Part shown: positions 39,715-49,700 of the stretch, piece after piece
Layout of the letters: every line of letters starts with the position of its first letter
How positions within the stretch are numbered: the first letter of the stretch is position 1
Assembly: GCA_963704725.1 (NCBI GenBank)
Contig: OY969934.1
Span: forward strand, 960,001 to 1,024,000
Direction: 5' to 3'
DNA from: an uncultured Actinomycetes bacterium
GTDB lineage: Bacteria; Actinomycetota; UBA4738; HRBIN12
DNA length: 64,000 nucleotides
Program-made: the position numbers and the translations under genes
Notes under the pieces: model-generated
The model's input: the letters and a program-made list of their open reading frames with translations, nothing else
Databases searched by the model: none
What the model was told of the DNA's origin: nothing

Positions 39715-42153
39715 ATGCTGAAGCTGCGCCGTGCCTCTCACCACCTGGACGAGTCACGCTCCTGGCGCGCTCATCTACGTCAGGCGGCGTGCATTGCCAG
39801 CCTTGCCCTCATCGCCGGAACGTTCCCTGCCGTGACCGCAACCGCCGACCCACAGGTGACGCCGGCGGACCAGCAGGTCCTCCTCGCCGAGCCCGGTCCT
39901 CCTCCCAAGGCCCTCACCGATGCCGACCGCATTCCTCCACTTGCCGCCCTGGACGAGGACGGTCAACGCAACCCGGAATCGGTTGCGCTCGTCCTGCCAG
40001 ACGAGCTGGCGACGGCCTCGCCCGGTGACGAGACGGCCGATGCGAGCGCCCAGGGCATCGTCCCCGTGCCTGAGCAAAGCGCTCCCACCGTCGACGTGTT
40101 CGCGTTCGGCGATCCGGACGCCGCACACGCCGCCGTGGTCTCCACCGTCCCGGTGAACACACAGGCCGCGGACGGAACCTGGCAGGATGTCCAGCTCGCG
40201 CCGGAGCCCGGTCAGGGCTGGACGGCGACGATCCCCAACGGTTCGCTGCTGTTCCCGGAGAAGCTCACATCCGAGACCCCGGTTCAGGCCACGTTTGGGC
40301 CCTTCACGATCGGCACGTCGCCCATCGAGTCCGACGCGAGCGCCGTCGGGGGCATCGTCGCAGATGATCGGCCCGGCTCGATCACCTATCCGGAGGTCCT
40401 GGTCGCGACGGACTTCGTCTACTCGGCCACGGCTGCGGGATACGAGGAATTCGTCGTCTTGAAGGACAAGAGCGCATCGTCGACCGTGTCGTGGACGATC
40501 GAGGCGCCGGGACTGGCGCTCGCGCTCGGCGAGGGCGGCGACATCGTGGTCCTTGACGGGAAGGACGCCGTCAGCGTCATCCCGCCGGCCGTGTCGTGGG
40601 ACTCCTCCTTGCCGCCGCGGATCGACAAGGCGCCGTACACGTTGACGCAGACCGGCGAGGGGCGCTTCGAGATGGGCGTCGCTCTCGACCCCGCCTTCCT
40701 CGCCGCGGCCACCTATCCGATCACGATCGACCCCGGATACCAGTACCAGTTCGCCCAGGACAACGACGACACCTACGTGGACTCGAGCACCCCCGATACC
40801 GACTACCGAGATGCCTGGCTTCAGGTCGCAAACGGCGGCCCCGAGCGGCGGGCGTTCGTGCGCTTCGACACGGCCGACCTCCGGCGCGACGACCGCATCG
40901 TCTACGAGGCACGGCTCGACCTGTACGTGTGGGAGGCGACGGAGAACGCCCCCGCCGTGGACGTGCGTCGCGCGACCCAGGCCTGGCCCGACCCGCTCAC
41001 GTGGAACACGCAGCCGTCGGTGGATCCAGACGTCCTTGACTCGGCGAGCTGCGCGTTCTGCCTCGGGTGGATGAGCTTCGACGTCTCGGCCGCCTACCAG
41101 CACTTCCTGCAGAGCGACATCGCCGAGCCCTGGTCCGATGATGGACTTCGGGCCTCGACCGACGGGGCGACCTCGTACCTGTTCCGCTCCGCCGAGAGCG
41201 TCGGCGGGCCGACGCTCTCGCTTTCGTGGAACGACCTGCCGCACGCCCCCTTGCTCGACACCCCGGCGGACGAGTACGTCTTCGAGGACGACACGCCCAC
41301 GCTGAAGGTTCAGGGCGGGCAGGACTGGCCGAGCGATCCGAACAGCGACGTCGTCCTCGTGCAGTTCCAGATCTCCGACGACGGGCAGGACTTCACCGGA
41401 AACCATATCGTCTGGGAGAGCCCGTGGCTCGACTCGCGTTCCTACGTCGTGCCCTCGGGGATCCTCACGGACGGCCAGACCTACTACTGGCGGGCCCGCT
41501 CGTGGGACGCCTGCTACTCGAGCCCCGCCTACCAGATGTGTTCGTACACGGACGCCCTCGGCGCCGAGCACGAGCGCAAAGCGACCGGCGTCCGCTCGTT
41601 CACCGTGGTGATGAAGCACCTCGGCAAGGACGAGCGGTGGGCCATGTGGTCCCACGACCTCGGCAACGGCATGGACCTGAACGTGAACGAGTCAAACGGC
41701 AACCTGTTCCTGGACGTCCCCCTCGACTCCCTCGCCACCCCAGTGGGCGACCTCAGCATCGGCCTGTCGTACAACTCCCAGCAGGAGGCGGACTACGGCC
41801 TGTCGCCGGGCTGGGACGTCGCGATCGGGGCCGCCGGGTCGCTGCGGGATCTGCCGATCGATCTCGTCAAGCTGGACGACTTCCCCGACAACGGCGTGAA
41901 GGTCCGGTTCCGGGGTGGCCGGACCTCCTACTTCCCCCACCGCGATCACCACGTCTTCGCCACGGTCACCGCCGGGGCGGGCACCATCCGGCAGAACGCC
42001 GATGGTGGATTCACGTTCGTGTCGCCGGGCGGCGACCGGTACGAGTTTTCACAAGCCGGCCGGCTCCTTTCGGCCAACCCGGTGGCCACGAACCTGGCCT
42101 CCGGCGCGAATGCGATCAGCTACGTCTACAAGGAACCGAGCTCGACCACGTGA
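39715..42153 (+). CDS. Secreted Rhs protein, N-terminal part (signal peptide, DNRLRE-like and FN3-like domains); frameshift near 42131
   Basis: AAAGGA RBS, signal-like helix, YPITIDP, DTYVDS...RAFVRFD...LTWNTQP, YYWRARSWD, VNESNGNL. Confidence 0.8.
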   Translation: MLKLRRASHHLDESRSWRAHLRQAACIASLALIAGTFPAVTATADPQVTPADQQVLLAEPGPPPKALTDADRIPPLAALDEDGQRNPESVALVLPDELATASPGDETADASAQGIVPVPEQSAPTVDVFAFGDPDAAHAAVVSTVPVNTQAADGTWQDVQLAPEPGQGWTATIPNGSLLFPEKLTSETPVQATFGPFTIGTSPIESDASAVGGIVADDRPGSITYPEVLVATDFVYSATAAGYEEFVVLKDKSASSTVSWTIEAPGLALALGEGGDIVVLDGKDAVSVIPPAVSWDSSLPPRIDKAPYTLTQTGEGRFEMGVALDPAFLAAATYPITIDPGYQYQFAQDNDDTYVDSSTPDTDYRDAWLQVANGGPERRAFVRFDTADLRRDDRIVYEARLDLYVWEATENAPAVDVRRATQAWPDPLTWNTQPSVDPDVLDSASCAFCLGWMSFDVSAAYQHFLQSDIAEPWSDDGLRASTDGATSYLFRSAESVGGPTLSLSWNDLPHAPLLDTPADEYVFEDDTPTLKVQGGQDWPSDPNSDVVLVQFQISDDGQDFTGNHIVWESPWLDSRSYVVPSGILTDGQTYYWRARSWDACYSSPAYQMCSYTDALGAEHERKATGVRSFTVVMKHLGKDERWAMWSHDLGNGMDLNVNESNGNLFLDVPLDSLATPVGDLSIGLSYNSQQEADYGLSPGWDVAIGAAGSLRDLPIDLVKLDDFPDNGVKVRFRGGRTSYFPHRDHHVFATVTAGAGTIRQNADGGFTFVSPGGDRYEFSQAGRLLSANPVATNLASGANAISYVYKEPSSTT

Positions 42154-45100
42154 CCGACCCTCTCGGCAGGCGGCTGGACCTGACGTGGGCGGGTGGCCAG
42201 CTCACCTCGATCCAGACCTGGGCCGGTCAGGCCTGGACCATCGACTACAACCCGAACAACGGCCGGCTCCAGGACGTCTCGGTCCAGGTCACGAACCCGA
42301 GCACCACCCAGACGCGGACGGAGACGGTCGGCTTCTCCTACTTCATCGGGGCCCAACGCCCAGGAGGACTCCTTGCCGAGATCGACGACGGCGAGACGTT
42401 CACCGGCGGCCGTGACGGCTGGACGGTGGAGTACTCGGAGGACTCCGAAGAGAACTGGCGGGTCTCGACGCTCACCCCGCCGCCGGGCGGCGGGCCTGAG
42501 CCGCTCTCCTCCTGGGTCTTCCAGTACCTCGGCGACGTCATGGGCTCCACCGCGGCGACGGCGTGCGTGACCGACCCGCTGGGGACCGCGGACACGCAGG
42601 GTGAGATCACCTGCGACCAGGCGCATCAGACGATCGTCGACTTCAACTGGGCGGGCTTTCCCGTCCGCATCGCGGGCCCCGCAGACCAGACGGGGTACTG
42701 GCCCGTCCGGACCTTCGTGTGGGACTCGAACAACAACCTCCTCTGCCGGCGCGAGCCGGCCGCCAACGCCGTGAACGAGATCTCCGGCGCGAACCTGTGT
42801 CAAAGCGACAAGCTCTCGACCGTCTACGCCTACGAGTCGGAGGCGCCGTTCCGGCTCCTTGTGACGACGCATCCCTCCGCCAAGCCCGACGGGAGCTCGG
42901 AGCGGCTGAAGGACGCCTACCAGTACGACTCCGACACCAACGGCGCGAACTTCAACGGCCTGTGGGTGGAGAAGTACGAGAACGCCAACCTGTCCGGGAT
43001 CCCGGCGGATGAGTCCGTGTGGACCAACTTCGACGCGAACTGGGGGAGCGGCTCGCCGCCCGGACTCACCAGCACCGACGGGTTCAGCCTGAGGTGGACG
43101 GGGCTCATCGACACGCGGTCGAGCTGGTACAACCTGGAGAAGGTCTTCTTCCGGATCACCACCGCGGATGAGGGCGTCACGCTCATCGTCGACAACAAGG
43201 TGCTCCTGGACTGCTTCGGCACGACTCAGCCCGCCGGGACGTTCAACTGCGGCACGAACCAGGACGTGTTCAAGATGCTCGACGCCGGCCAGCATCCCAT
43301 CACCATCGAGTACTCCGATCCCTCCGGTCTGGCCTCGTTCAATCTGCAGTGGATGGTGACGCAGGGGAGCTTCGGCCCGATCCCCACCTCCCGGCTCCAG
43401 ACGAACCTCGGCCTGCTCACGCTGCAGCAGACCAGGCGCGTGTACTCAAGTGGCTCGGACGCCGCGTTCTTCCTGAAGACCGCCTACACCTTCCCCGACG
43501 ACAACGCCAAGGCCCGGCACATCCCGGACTCGGTCGCCGTGACCGACCTGGACCCCAACCCTGACGTCGTCCGCAAGACCGCCTACACCTACAACGCCTT
43601 CGGCCAGGTCCGCACGACGACGACCGCCGCGGCGACCTCGCTGGCCGCGACGACCACGTACGACTACACGAACGAGGACCCGGTCTCGTGCCTGAGCTCC
43701 GTGGAGGAGCCGGACGGCGCCACGACGGAGTACGAGTGCGACGCGGCGGGCGATGTCACCCTAACCACCCAGATCGTGCGGACCGTTGCGGGAACGAACC
43801 AGACCGAGCAGGAGCGGTCGACATCGACCGAGTACGACACGCTCGGCCGCGTCACCTCGGTCACCTCGCCGTGGGGCGGATCCACGACCACGAGCTACGA
43901 CCTCGCAGGCCGGGTCGCCACGGTCGATCAGTACCTGGGCCCCGGTGCCGGCCACGACGCCGATGCCATCACCGGGTACGAATACGACGACGCCGGGCAT
44001 CTGCTCACCGAGACCCTGCCGGAGGTCGCGGACCCGGAGAACCCGGGCTCCGAGGTGGCCCCAGTGATCCAGCACGCCTACGACTGGCTCGACGACGAGG
44101 TCGGCACGACCGACGTCCGCGGGCAGGAGTGGAGCTACGCCTACGACGCGTTCCGGCGCGTGATCGAGACCGAGAGCCCGTCCGGGCTCATCGCCGAGAG
44201 CGAGTACCGGCTGGCGAGCGCGCCGTCCGGTGGCACCGAGCAGCACCAGGTCACGACGTGGTCGCCTCCCGGCCACACTGGCGGCGTTCCGACCGTGACC
44301 GTCCTCAACCTGTTCGACCGACCCAGAACCGAGCAGACCGGCACCCTGGCGGCCCGCAGCTTCCTCTACGACGTGCAGAACAACGTCACGAGGGTCACCG
44401 AGCCCTCCGGCGTCTACACGACCTACTCCTACAATCGCTTCGGCGATGAGACGTCGATGTCGGAGTACCAGCTGCTGGCCACGACGACGTACGCGTACGA
44501 CGCGGCGGGGCGTTTGCAGCGGGTCGACGGGCCGCGGGTCTCGACCGACGCCGACGATTCGGTCAACTACGCCTACGATGAGCAGGGCCGACTGGAGACG
44601 GTGACGCAGAACGGGATCACGCTGCCCGGCGCCTCCTCACCCGGCGTGAGCACGACGTATGTGTGGAACGACGCCGACGAGCGGATCCAGGTCGTCCAGC
44701 CCATGAGCACGACGCAGACGATGGTCCGCGACTGGATGAGCGATCCGGCCTCGGGCACCTCCACGTACGAGGACGCCCGGGGAACGACGACCTCGACCCA
44801 CGACCTCTCGGGGCGGGTCACGAGCGTGGACGACCCTCGCGGCATCACCCTGCACTTCGAGTTCGACAACCAGGGCAGGCTGATCCGGCGCTACGGCGAG
44901 GACGGCCAGACCACCGTCGACGACCAGAGCCTCGGATACGACCTGGCGGGCAACCAGATCTCGGCGACGGTGGTCGCCGCGAACACGACGATCGCGACGG
45001 ACTTCGACGACGACGGACGGGCGTGGCACGTCTACCAGGACAGCTACCCGAGCCCCACGACCACCTACGCATACGATCCCTCCACCGGCCGACCCTCCTC

Positions 45101-46931
45101 GATCACCGATGCGGCGGGGACCACGTCCTACGCGTTCAACGCCAACGGCCTGCTGGCCGAGGTCACCGATCCGTTCGCCTCGACCCACGTCGTCTACGGG
45201 TACGACGCCTACGGCCGCGTGACCAAGCGAACCGACGGGAGCGGGCTGTGCTGGACCCAGACGTATGACTCAAGGAGCGGCCTGCCCGACATCCGGCGCA
45301 TCCGCCAGGGCGGCACCGGCTGCGGCGGTACGGTGCTCGCCACGTTCGACCTCGGCTTCGACAAGGCGGCGAACGTGCTGAGCCGTTCCGAGACGATCAC
45401 CGGCAACTCCTTCGGCGGCAACTACACGTACACGTACGACGGGGCGAACCGGCTGATGAGCGTGACCGGCCCCGCCGCCTTCGGCTCGCGGACGTACGCC
45501 TTCGACGGGGCGTCCAACCGAACGAGCGTCCAGGTCGGCACCGGCACGCCCACCACGACCAGCTACGACGACGCCGGCCTGCCCACCACGTCCTCCGACG
45601 GCACCACGTACACCCACGACGCCTCGGGCGACCTCACGGGCATCGACCGGCCGGGCACGGCGAATGACTGGCTGTACGGCTACAGCTCCTGGAACCAGCT
45701 CGAGGTGGCCGAGCACACCCAGGGTGCCGCCGAGGTGACCTACACCCTGGACGCCCTGGGCCGGGTGCTGTCTCGGACCTCGGGCGGGACCACGGCCTCC
45801 TACACCTACCAGGGCACCGGCGAGAGACTTGCTAGCGCGAGCGTGGGTGGGACGACGACAATGTACGCGTACGTGCCGTCCGGCCCGCTCGCCGAGCGAA
45901 CGGGGACGACCACCCGCTACTACCTGCGTGATCAGCACGGGGACACCGTAGGGTTGGCCAACACCTCGGCCGCCCTTGCCGGGACGAGGCTGTATGACCC
46001 GTGGGGGGAGGCGCTGCAAGGGACTGGAGAGATGGCGACGGCGCCGGCACAGGGCTCGCTCGGGTTCCAGTCCCAGCTCACCGACGCCTCGACCGGGCAG
46101 GTCGACATGCTCACGCGGATGTATGAGCCGGGGCTCGGACGGTTTAGCTCCAGGGATGCGCTGTTTGGTGACGCATCAAACCCCGTTTCCCTGAACCAGT
46201 TCGGCTACGGATCCGCAAGCCCCGTGACCCTGTCCGATCCGACCGGACTATATCCAGTTGGGTACGACGGGTCCGGAGGGGACTGCGGAGATGCGTGCGC
46301 CAACCCTCAGCAGTACGGCTACAACAGGGGTGATCCGCCATCCGTGAACGCTCCCGATCCCCTCCCTCCAGCATCGACACAGATGCCGACAGTTACGGTG
46401 GACTGGACGCAGACCCGAACAGCCGAGGGCTGGTCGCCGTACATTGTTGGGGAAGATTTCTTGACTGCGTTTGCCCGCTTTATCACTGGGTGGAGTTGCG
46501 AACTCGAGGGATGCGCGCCAATCAACCCCGGTTCAATCGGTGTTGGTGTCGTGGCACAACTTACTTACCGGAGCTTCATGCGAAGCAGACCCAATGGTTG
46601 GCAACTCTCGATTCTCGTTGTCGCCGACACACGTCGCCTGAACCCCGAATCAGGTTTTGAGCTTCAGTCCCTAGAACTGCACATCCGGGGCAAGGGGGGC
46701 GCCCAGCTTCTGGGGAGCTATTCGAAGGAGTATGTCACGACAGCCGATGGCCCTGGCTACCTGTACCACGTCCATGTCGCAACTGGCTCTCCTCAACCCG
46801 CGACGATCGTCGCCTCGGTTACGGCAGGGCCAAGTGAAGGAGCGGCAGGTCCCATCGAGGCCGTGACGCAGGTCTACTTCGACCCAATGCCGACTGGGCC
46901 CTTGCCGCCGCAAGAGATTCCACCATGGTAA
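42150..46931 (+). CDS. Rhs/YD-repeat protein, C-terminal part with PA14 domain, Rhs core and variable C-terminal domain
   Basis: Many YD repeats; PA14-like NWGSGSP...FSLRWTG; RMYEPGLGRFSSRD; PVTLSDPTG. Confidence 0.9.
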   Translation: MTDPLGRRLDLTWAGGQLTSIQTWAGQAWTIDYNPNNGRLQDVSVQVTNPSTTQTRTETVGFSYFIGAQRPGGLLAEIDDGETFTGGRDGWTVEYSEDSEENWRVSTLTPPPGGGPEPLSSWVFQYLGDVMGSTAATACVTDPLGTADTQGEITCDQAHQTIVDFNWAGFPVRIAGPADQTGYWPVRTFVWDSNNNLLCRREPAANAVNEISGANLCQSDKLSTVYAYESEAPFRLLVTTHPSAKPDGSSERLKDAYQYDSDTNGANFNGLWVEKYENANLSGIPADESVWTNFDANWGSGSPPGLTSTDGFSLRWTGLIDTRSSWYNLEKVFFRITTADEGVTLIVDNKVLLDCFGTTQPAGTFNCGTNQDVFKMLDAGQHPITIEYSDPSGLASFNLQWMVTQGSFGPIPTSRLQTNLGLLTLQQTRRVYSSGSDAAFFLKTAYTFPDDNAKARHIPDSVAVTDLDPNPDVVRKTAYTYNAFGQVRTTTTAAATSLAATTTYDYTNEDPVSCLSSVEEPDGATTEYECDAAGDVTLTTQIVRTVAGTNQTEQERSTSTEYDTLGRVTSVTSPWGGSTTTSYDLAGRVATVDQYLGPGAGHDADAITGYEYDDAGHLLTETLPEVADPENPGSEVAPVIQHAYDWLDDEVGTTDVRGQEWSYAYDAFRRVIETESPSGLIAESEYRLASAPSGGTEQHQVTTWSPPGHTGGVPTVTVLNLFDRPRTEQTGTLAARSFLYDVQNNVTRVTEPSGVYTTYSYNRFGDETSMSEYQLLATTTYAYDAAGRLQRVDGPRVSTDADDSVNYAYDEQGRLETVTQNGITLPGASSPGVSTTYVWNDADERIQVVQPMSTTQTMVRDWMSDPASGTSTYEDARGTTTSTHDLSGRVTSVDDPRGITLHFEFDNQGRLIRRYGEDGQTTVDDQSLGYDLAGNQISATVVAANTTIATDFDDDGRAWHVYQDSYPSPTTTYAYDPSTGRPSSITDAAGTTSYAFNANGLLAEVTDPFASTHVVYGYDAYGRVTKRTDGSGLCWTQTYDSRSGLPDIRRIRQGGTGCGGTVLATFDLGFDKAANVLSRSETITGNSFGGNYTYTYDGANRLMSVTGPAAFGSRTYAFDGASNRTSVQVGTGTPTTTSYDDAGLPTTSSDGTTYTHDASGDLTGIDRPGTANDWLYGYSSWNQLEVAEHTQGAAEVTYTLDALGRVLSRTSGGTTASYTYQGTGERLASASVGGTTTMYAYVPSGPLAERTGTTTRYYLRDQHGDTVGLANTSAALAGTRLYDPWGEALQGTGEMATAPAQGSLGFQSQLTDASTGQVDMLTRMYEPGLGRFSSRDALFGDASNPVSLNQFGYGSASPVTLSDPTGLYPVGYDGSGGDCGDACANPQQYGYNRGDPPSVNAPDPLPPASTQMPTVTVDWTQTRTAEGWSPYIVGEDFLTAFARFITGWSCELEGCAPINPGSIGVGVVAQLTYRSFMRSRPNGWQLSILVVADTRRLNPESGFELQSLELHIRGKGGAQLLGSYSKEYVTTADGPGYLYHVHVATGSPQPATIVASVTAGPSEGAAGPIEAVTQVYFDPMPTGPLPPQEIPPW

Positions 46932-46951
46932 CGACTAAGGGGAGCAGACCT

Positions 46952-47761
46952 ATGGGAGTCCGGACAGTGGGGATCTTGCTCATGACGGGTGCAGCATTGA
47001 TGACAGCTTGTGCGAGGGACGGTCGTGTCATCGCGCCCGCGGCTGCCTTGCGGTCGAGCGTGCTTTCGTGTACGGCGGGATCAGCTGGATCCAAAACGGT
47101 TGCCATCGAGTTGGAACCGACTCCCCAGACCCCGCCGGCTGTGGCCGCGCTCATCCCCCACCTCCGGCTCTCCAGCTATAACTACAGATCGTCCTCCGCA
47201 CCAGCCGCCGATGCGACATCGGTACTGCCGGTTCCACTCCCGTCGGGGGCTGGCAACGTCCTCGATCTGTCGACAACGGATGCATCGGTTCAAGATGCGC
47301 CGCCGCCAGTTGCGCTGATTCCGACCGAGGGGAACCGATACGCGGATCTGATCCTCGCGGGCTTGCTAATGGTTCACGAAGCCGAGATTGCATTGAGGGG
47401 CGACTCACTCGAAAGGCTCCTTGGGGTGTCGGTGGACATGCCGATCGGAACCGCAACCGTAAATGACGTCCACATTGCGGGAGAGCAAGTGACCGTGACC
47501 GTCAGTTTGGATTGGGTCGACGGTCTCGGCGGCAGTTCTGCATTTCAGCCGAGAGTGAGCATCGTGCCTGCCTTTGGACCTGGAGGCGCACCTCTCGGGG
47601 ATATCGGCGTCGATTTCAATGGCGCGTCGAGTCAATCACTGCGCTTTCGCTTGCCAGTTGGGCGTCAAGATGATCCAGTCGCTCTGCGCTTGAGCGATTT
47701 CGGCGTCGAGTACGCGGCGTCCGTGCGCGTCACAGGCATCGGGCAAGCATGCGGGGGATGA
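46952..47761 (+). CDS. Lipoprotein, candidate Rhs immunity protein
   Basis: MGVRTVGILLMTGAALMTAC lipobox, AAGGGGAG RBS, lower GC, directly after the Rhs C-terminal domain. Confidence 0.6.
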   Translation: MGVRTVGILLMTGAALMTACARDGRVIAPAAALRSSVLSCTAGSAGSKTVAIELEPTPQTPPAVAALIPHLRLSSYNYRSSSAPAADATSVLPVPLPSGAGNVLDLSTTDASVQDAPPPVALIPTEGNRYADLILAGLLMVHEAEIALRGDSLERLLGVSVDMPIGTATVNDVHIAGEQVTVTVSLDWVDGLGGSSAFQPRVSIVPAFGPGGAPLGDIGVDFNGASSQSLRFRLPVGRQDDPVALRLSDFGVEYAASVRVTGIGQACGG

Positions 47762-47774
47762 GTCCCCGAGTCCG

Positions 47775-47965
47775 GGGTGGCCGAGCGCACCCAGGACGAC
47801 TTGACCTGCGCCCTGGACGCGCTGGGTTGGAAGCTCACGCGGACCTCGGGGTGACCTTACGGGTACACACGCCAGGGGACGAGAAGACTTGGCCGGCGCG
47901 GGGGTTGGGTGGGACGACGCCCAACTATCCGCACATGCCGGCGGGCGGACTCGCCAAGCAGTCCT
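47775..47965 (+). pseudogene. Decayed duplicate of an Rhs core segment
   Basis: Colinear nucleotide similarity to ~45705-45900 (gtggccgagc, ccctggacgc, tcggacctcggg/gcggacctcggg, agacttg, gggtgggacgacg, ctcgcc). Confidence 0.65.
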
Positions 47966-48201
47966 AGGCTGTCGGTCAAGATCACATCGCTAACTCGCCC
48001 GCGCTAAGGACGGAGTTGAGGAGTCGGCCCACCGCACCGTCGCACTCATGCATCGAGGTCCACGTCCGTGATCAGCCTTCGGACCTGGGCCACCAGAATG
48101 CGCCAGGAGTTCGAGTAGCGTCCCTTCAGGTCCACGCGACCTTCCGGTGCCGGTCTTCGTGTCTGCGAGCGGAAGGGCACCGGCCGAACATCGCGGGGTC
48201 G

Positions 48202-49493
48202 CTAGGGACCCAGGAGCGCGGCGGGGACGACCCCTATCCCGTCACGTCGGCGGTACGCGGCATCGCCAGTGCTTACGACGACAGCGTCGAGCAGATCTTC
48301 GCCTATCCGATCACGCAACCACAGAAGGTCCCGAACGTCGTCGTCGCGAATGGTCTGCGCCAGCTTCACCTCGATGCCGACGACCCGCCCATCAGCGCGC
48401 TCGATGATGAGATCGACTTCATGCTCCCCTGAGGCGGTGCGAAGGTGTCTCGTCGTGGCTTCGGCCGCCTGCGCAAAGACACGAACGTTGAGCGTCACGA
48501 GGGACTCGAACAGCGAGCCGAGGAACGTCCCGTCACGCGGGATCGGTGGACCAACGGGTTCGGCCTCGAGGAGGGCCTGTCGATCGATGCCGAGCAGCCG
48601 TGCCGCTAGGGCGGGGTCGAGGAGCTGGTGCTTCGGGGGGACGAGAGGCGTCGCAGATGGCTGCGAGTCGGGAGCCATGCCGGCACCGGATCGACGATCC
48701 ATAGCCTCTCGAGCACGGTGCGGTAGGGAAGCGTCGCCTTTCGGGTCGGCTTCTCGGTCTCTCCACTTGTCGCCGCATCTCGGATCTTCTCGAACGAGGT
48801 CGTCGTCGAGGAGGCGGCTGCGTATGCGGTCATCCAGCTTCGGAGCGTCTCCGGTCTGCGCACCCGATGACCCATCTCATCGAAGTCGTGGTCGACGATG
48901 CGCTGCAGATAGCCATCGAGTTGAGACCGAAGCGCACGGCCGGAGAGACCGCGCAGCCCCGGGAAGCCTGAGGCGAGTATCTCGTCTACGTAGTCTTCGA
49001 GTCGAAGCCTGGTGCTGCCCTCCAGGTCAGGACGCCTTCCTCCGAGGATCTCGCTCAGGCTGACCGTTGGCGTCGCGATCTCGCGCTCCGGGAGGGTCAT
49101 CGTTCGCAGCCGGACCGTGACGATCCGCGCCGCACCCGAGTGAGTTGATGGCTTCTCGGGAGAGGCAGATCCGGTCAGCAGGTATGAGGCGGGGCGCTCG
49201 GTTCCGTGTTCGTCGACCGCACGGCGAACGAGATCCCACGATTCCGGCAGTCGTTGCCACTCGTCGATGAGCACCGGAGGAGGGCCGTCCAGCAACCGAT
49301 GTGGGTCCGCCACCGCAACGCTGTACTGCGACGGATCGTCGAGGCGGTGGATGGTCGCCGCCCGCCGAGAGGCCGTGGCCGTCTTCCCGACGGCCTTGGC
49401 TCCTTCCACGGCGATGGCAGGGAGCTCACGCAGCAGTTCGTCGAGCTCATCGTCCACGATGCGCCGGATGTACCGGTCGACGGTGTCTGTCAT
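48202..49493 (-). pseudogene. AAA_14 plus DUF4143 ATPase/nuclease-fold protein, frameshifted at the G6 run 48635-48640
   Basis: GAKAVGKT, LIDEWQ, LTGS, then PKHQLLDP, LFES, HEVDLI, IEVK; one extra base rejoins the frames. Confidence 0.8.
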
Positions 49494-49700
49494 GTGCGAA
49501 GGATACTACTAGGACGCCTAGAAGGCTACAGAAATGACGAGCACTGGGGAACAGAACGGTCGACCTCTGGTTCCGCGCACCGATCGATCAAACGACGACG
49601 GCCACCTGGGAGAACACGAGGGCGTTGCCTCAGACCAGCGATGGCCCGTAGACAAGCCGCGGCATCCGGTCCGAGCTGCCCGGGGCAGTCGCGAAACAGG

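Noticed and set aside
42115-42140. Programmed -1 frameshift in the Rhs gene
   Set aside because: No X XXY YYZ slippery heptamer or homopolymer at the break
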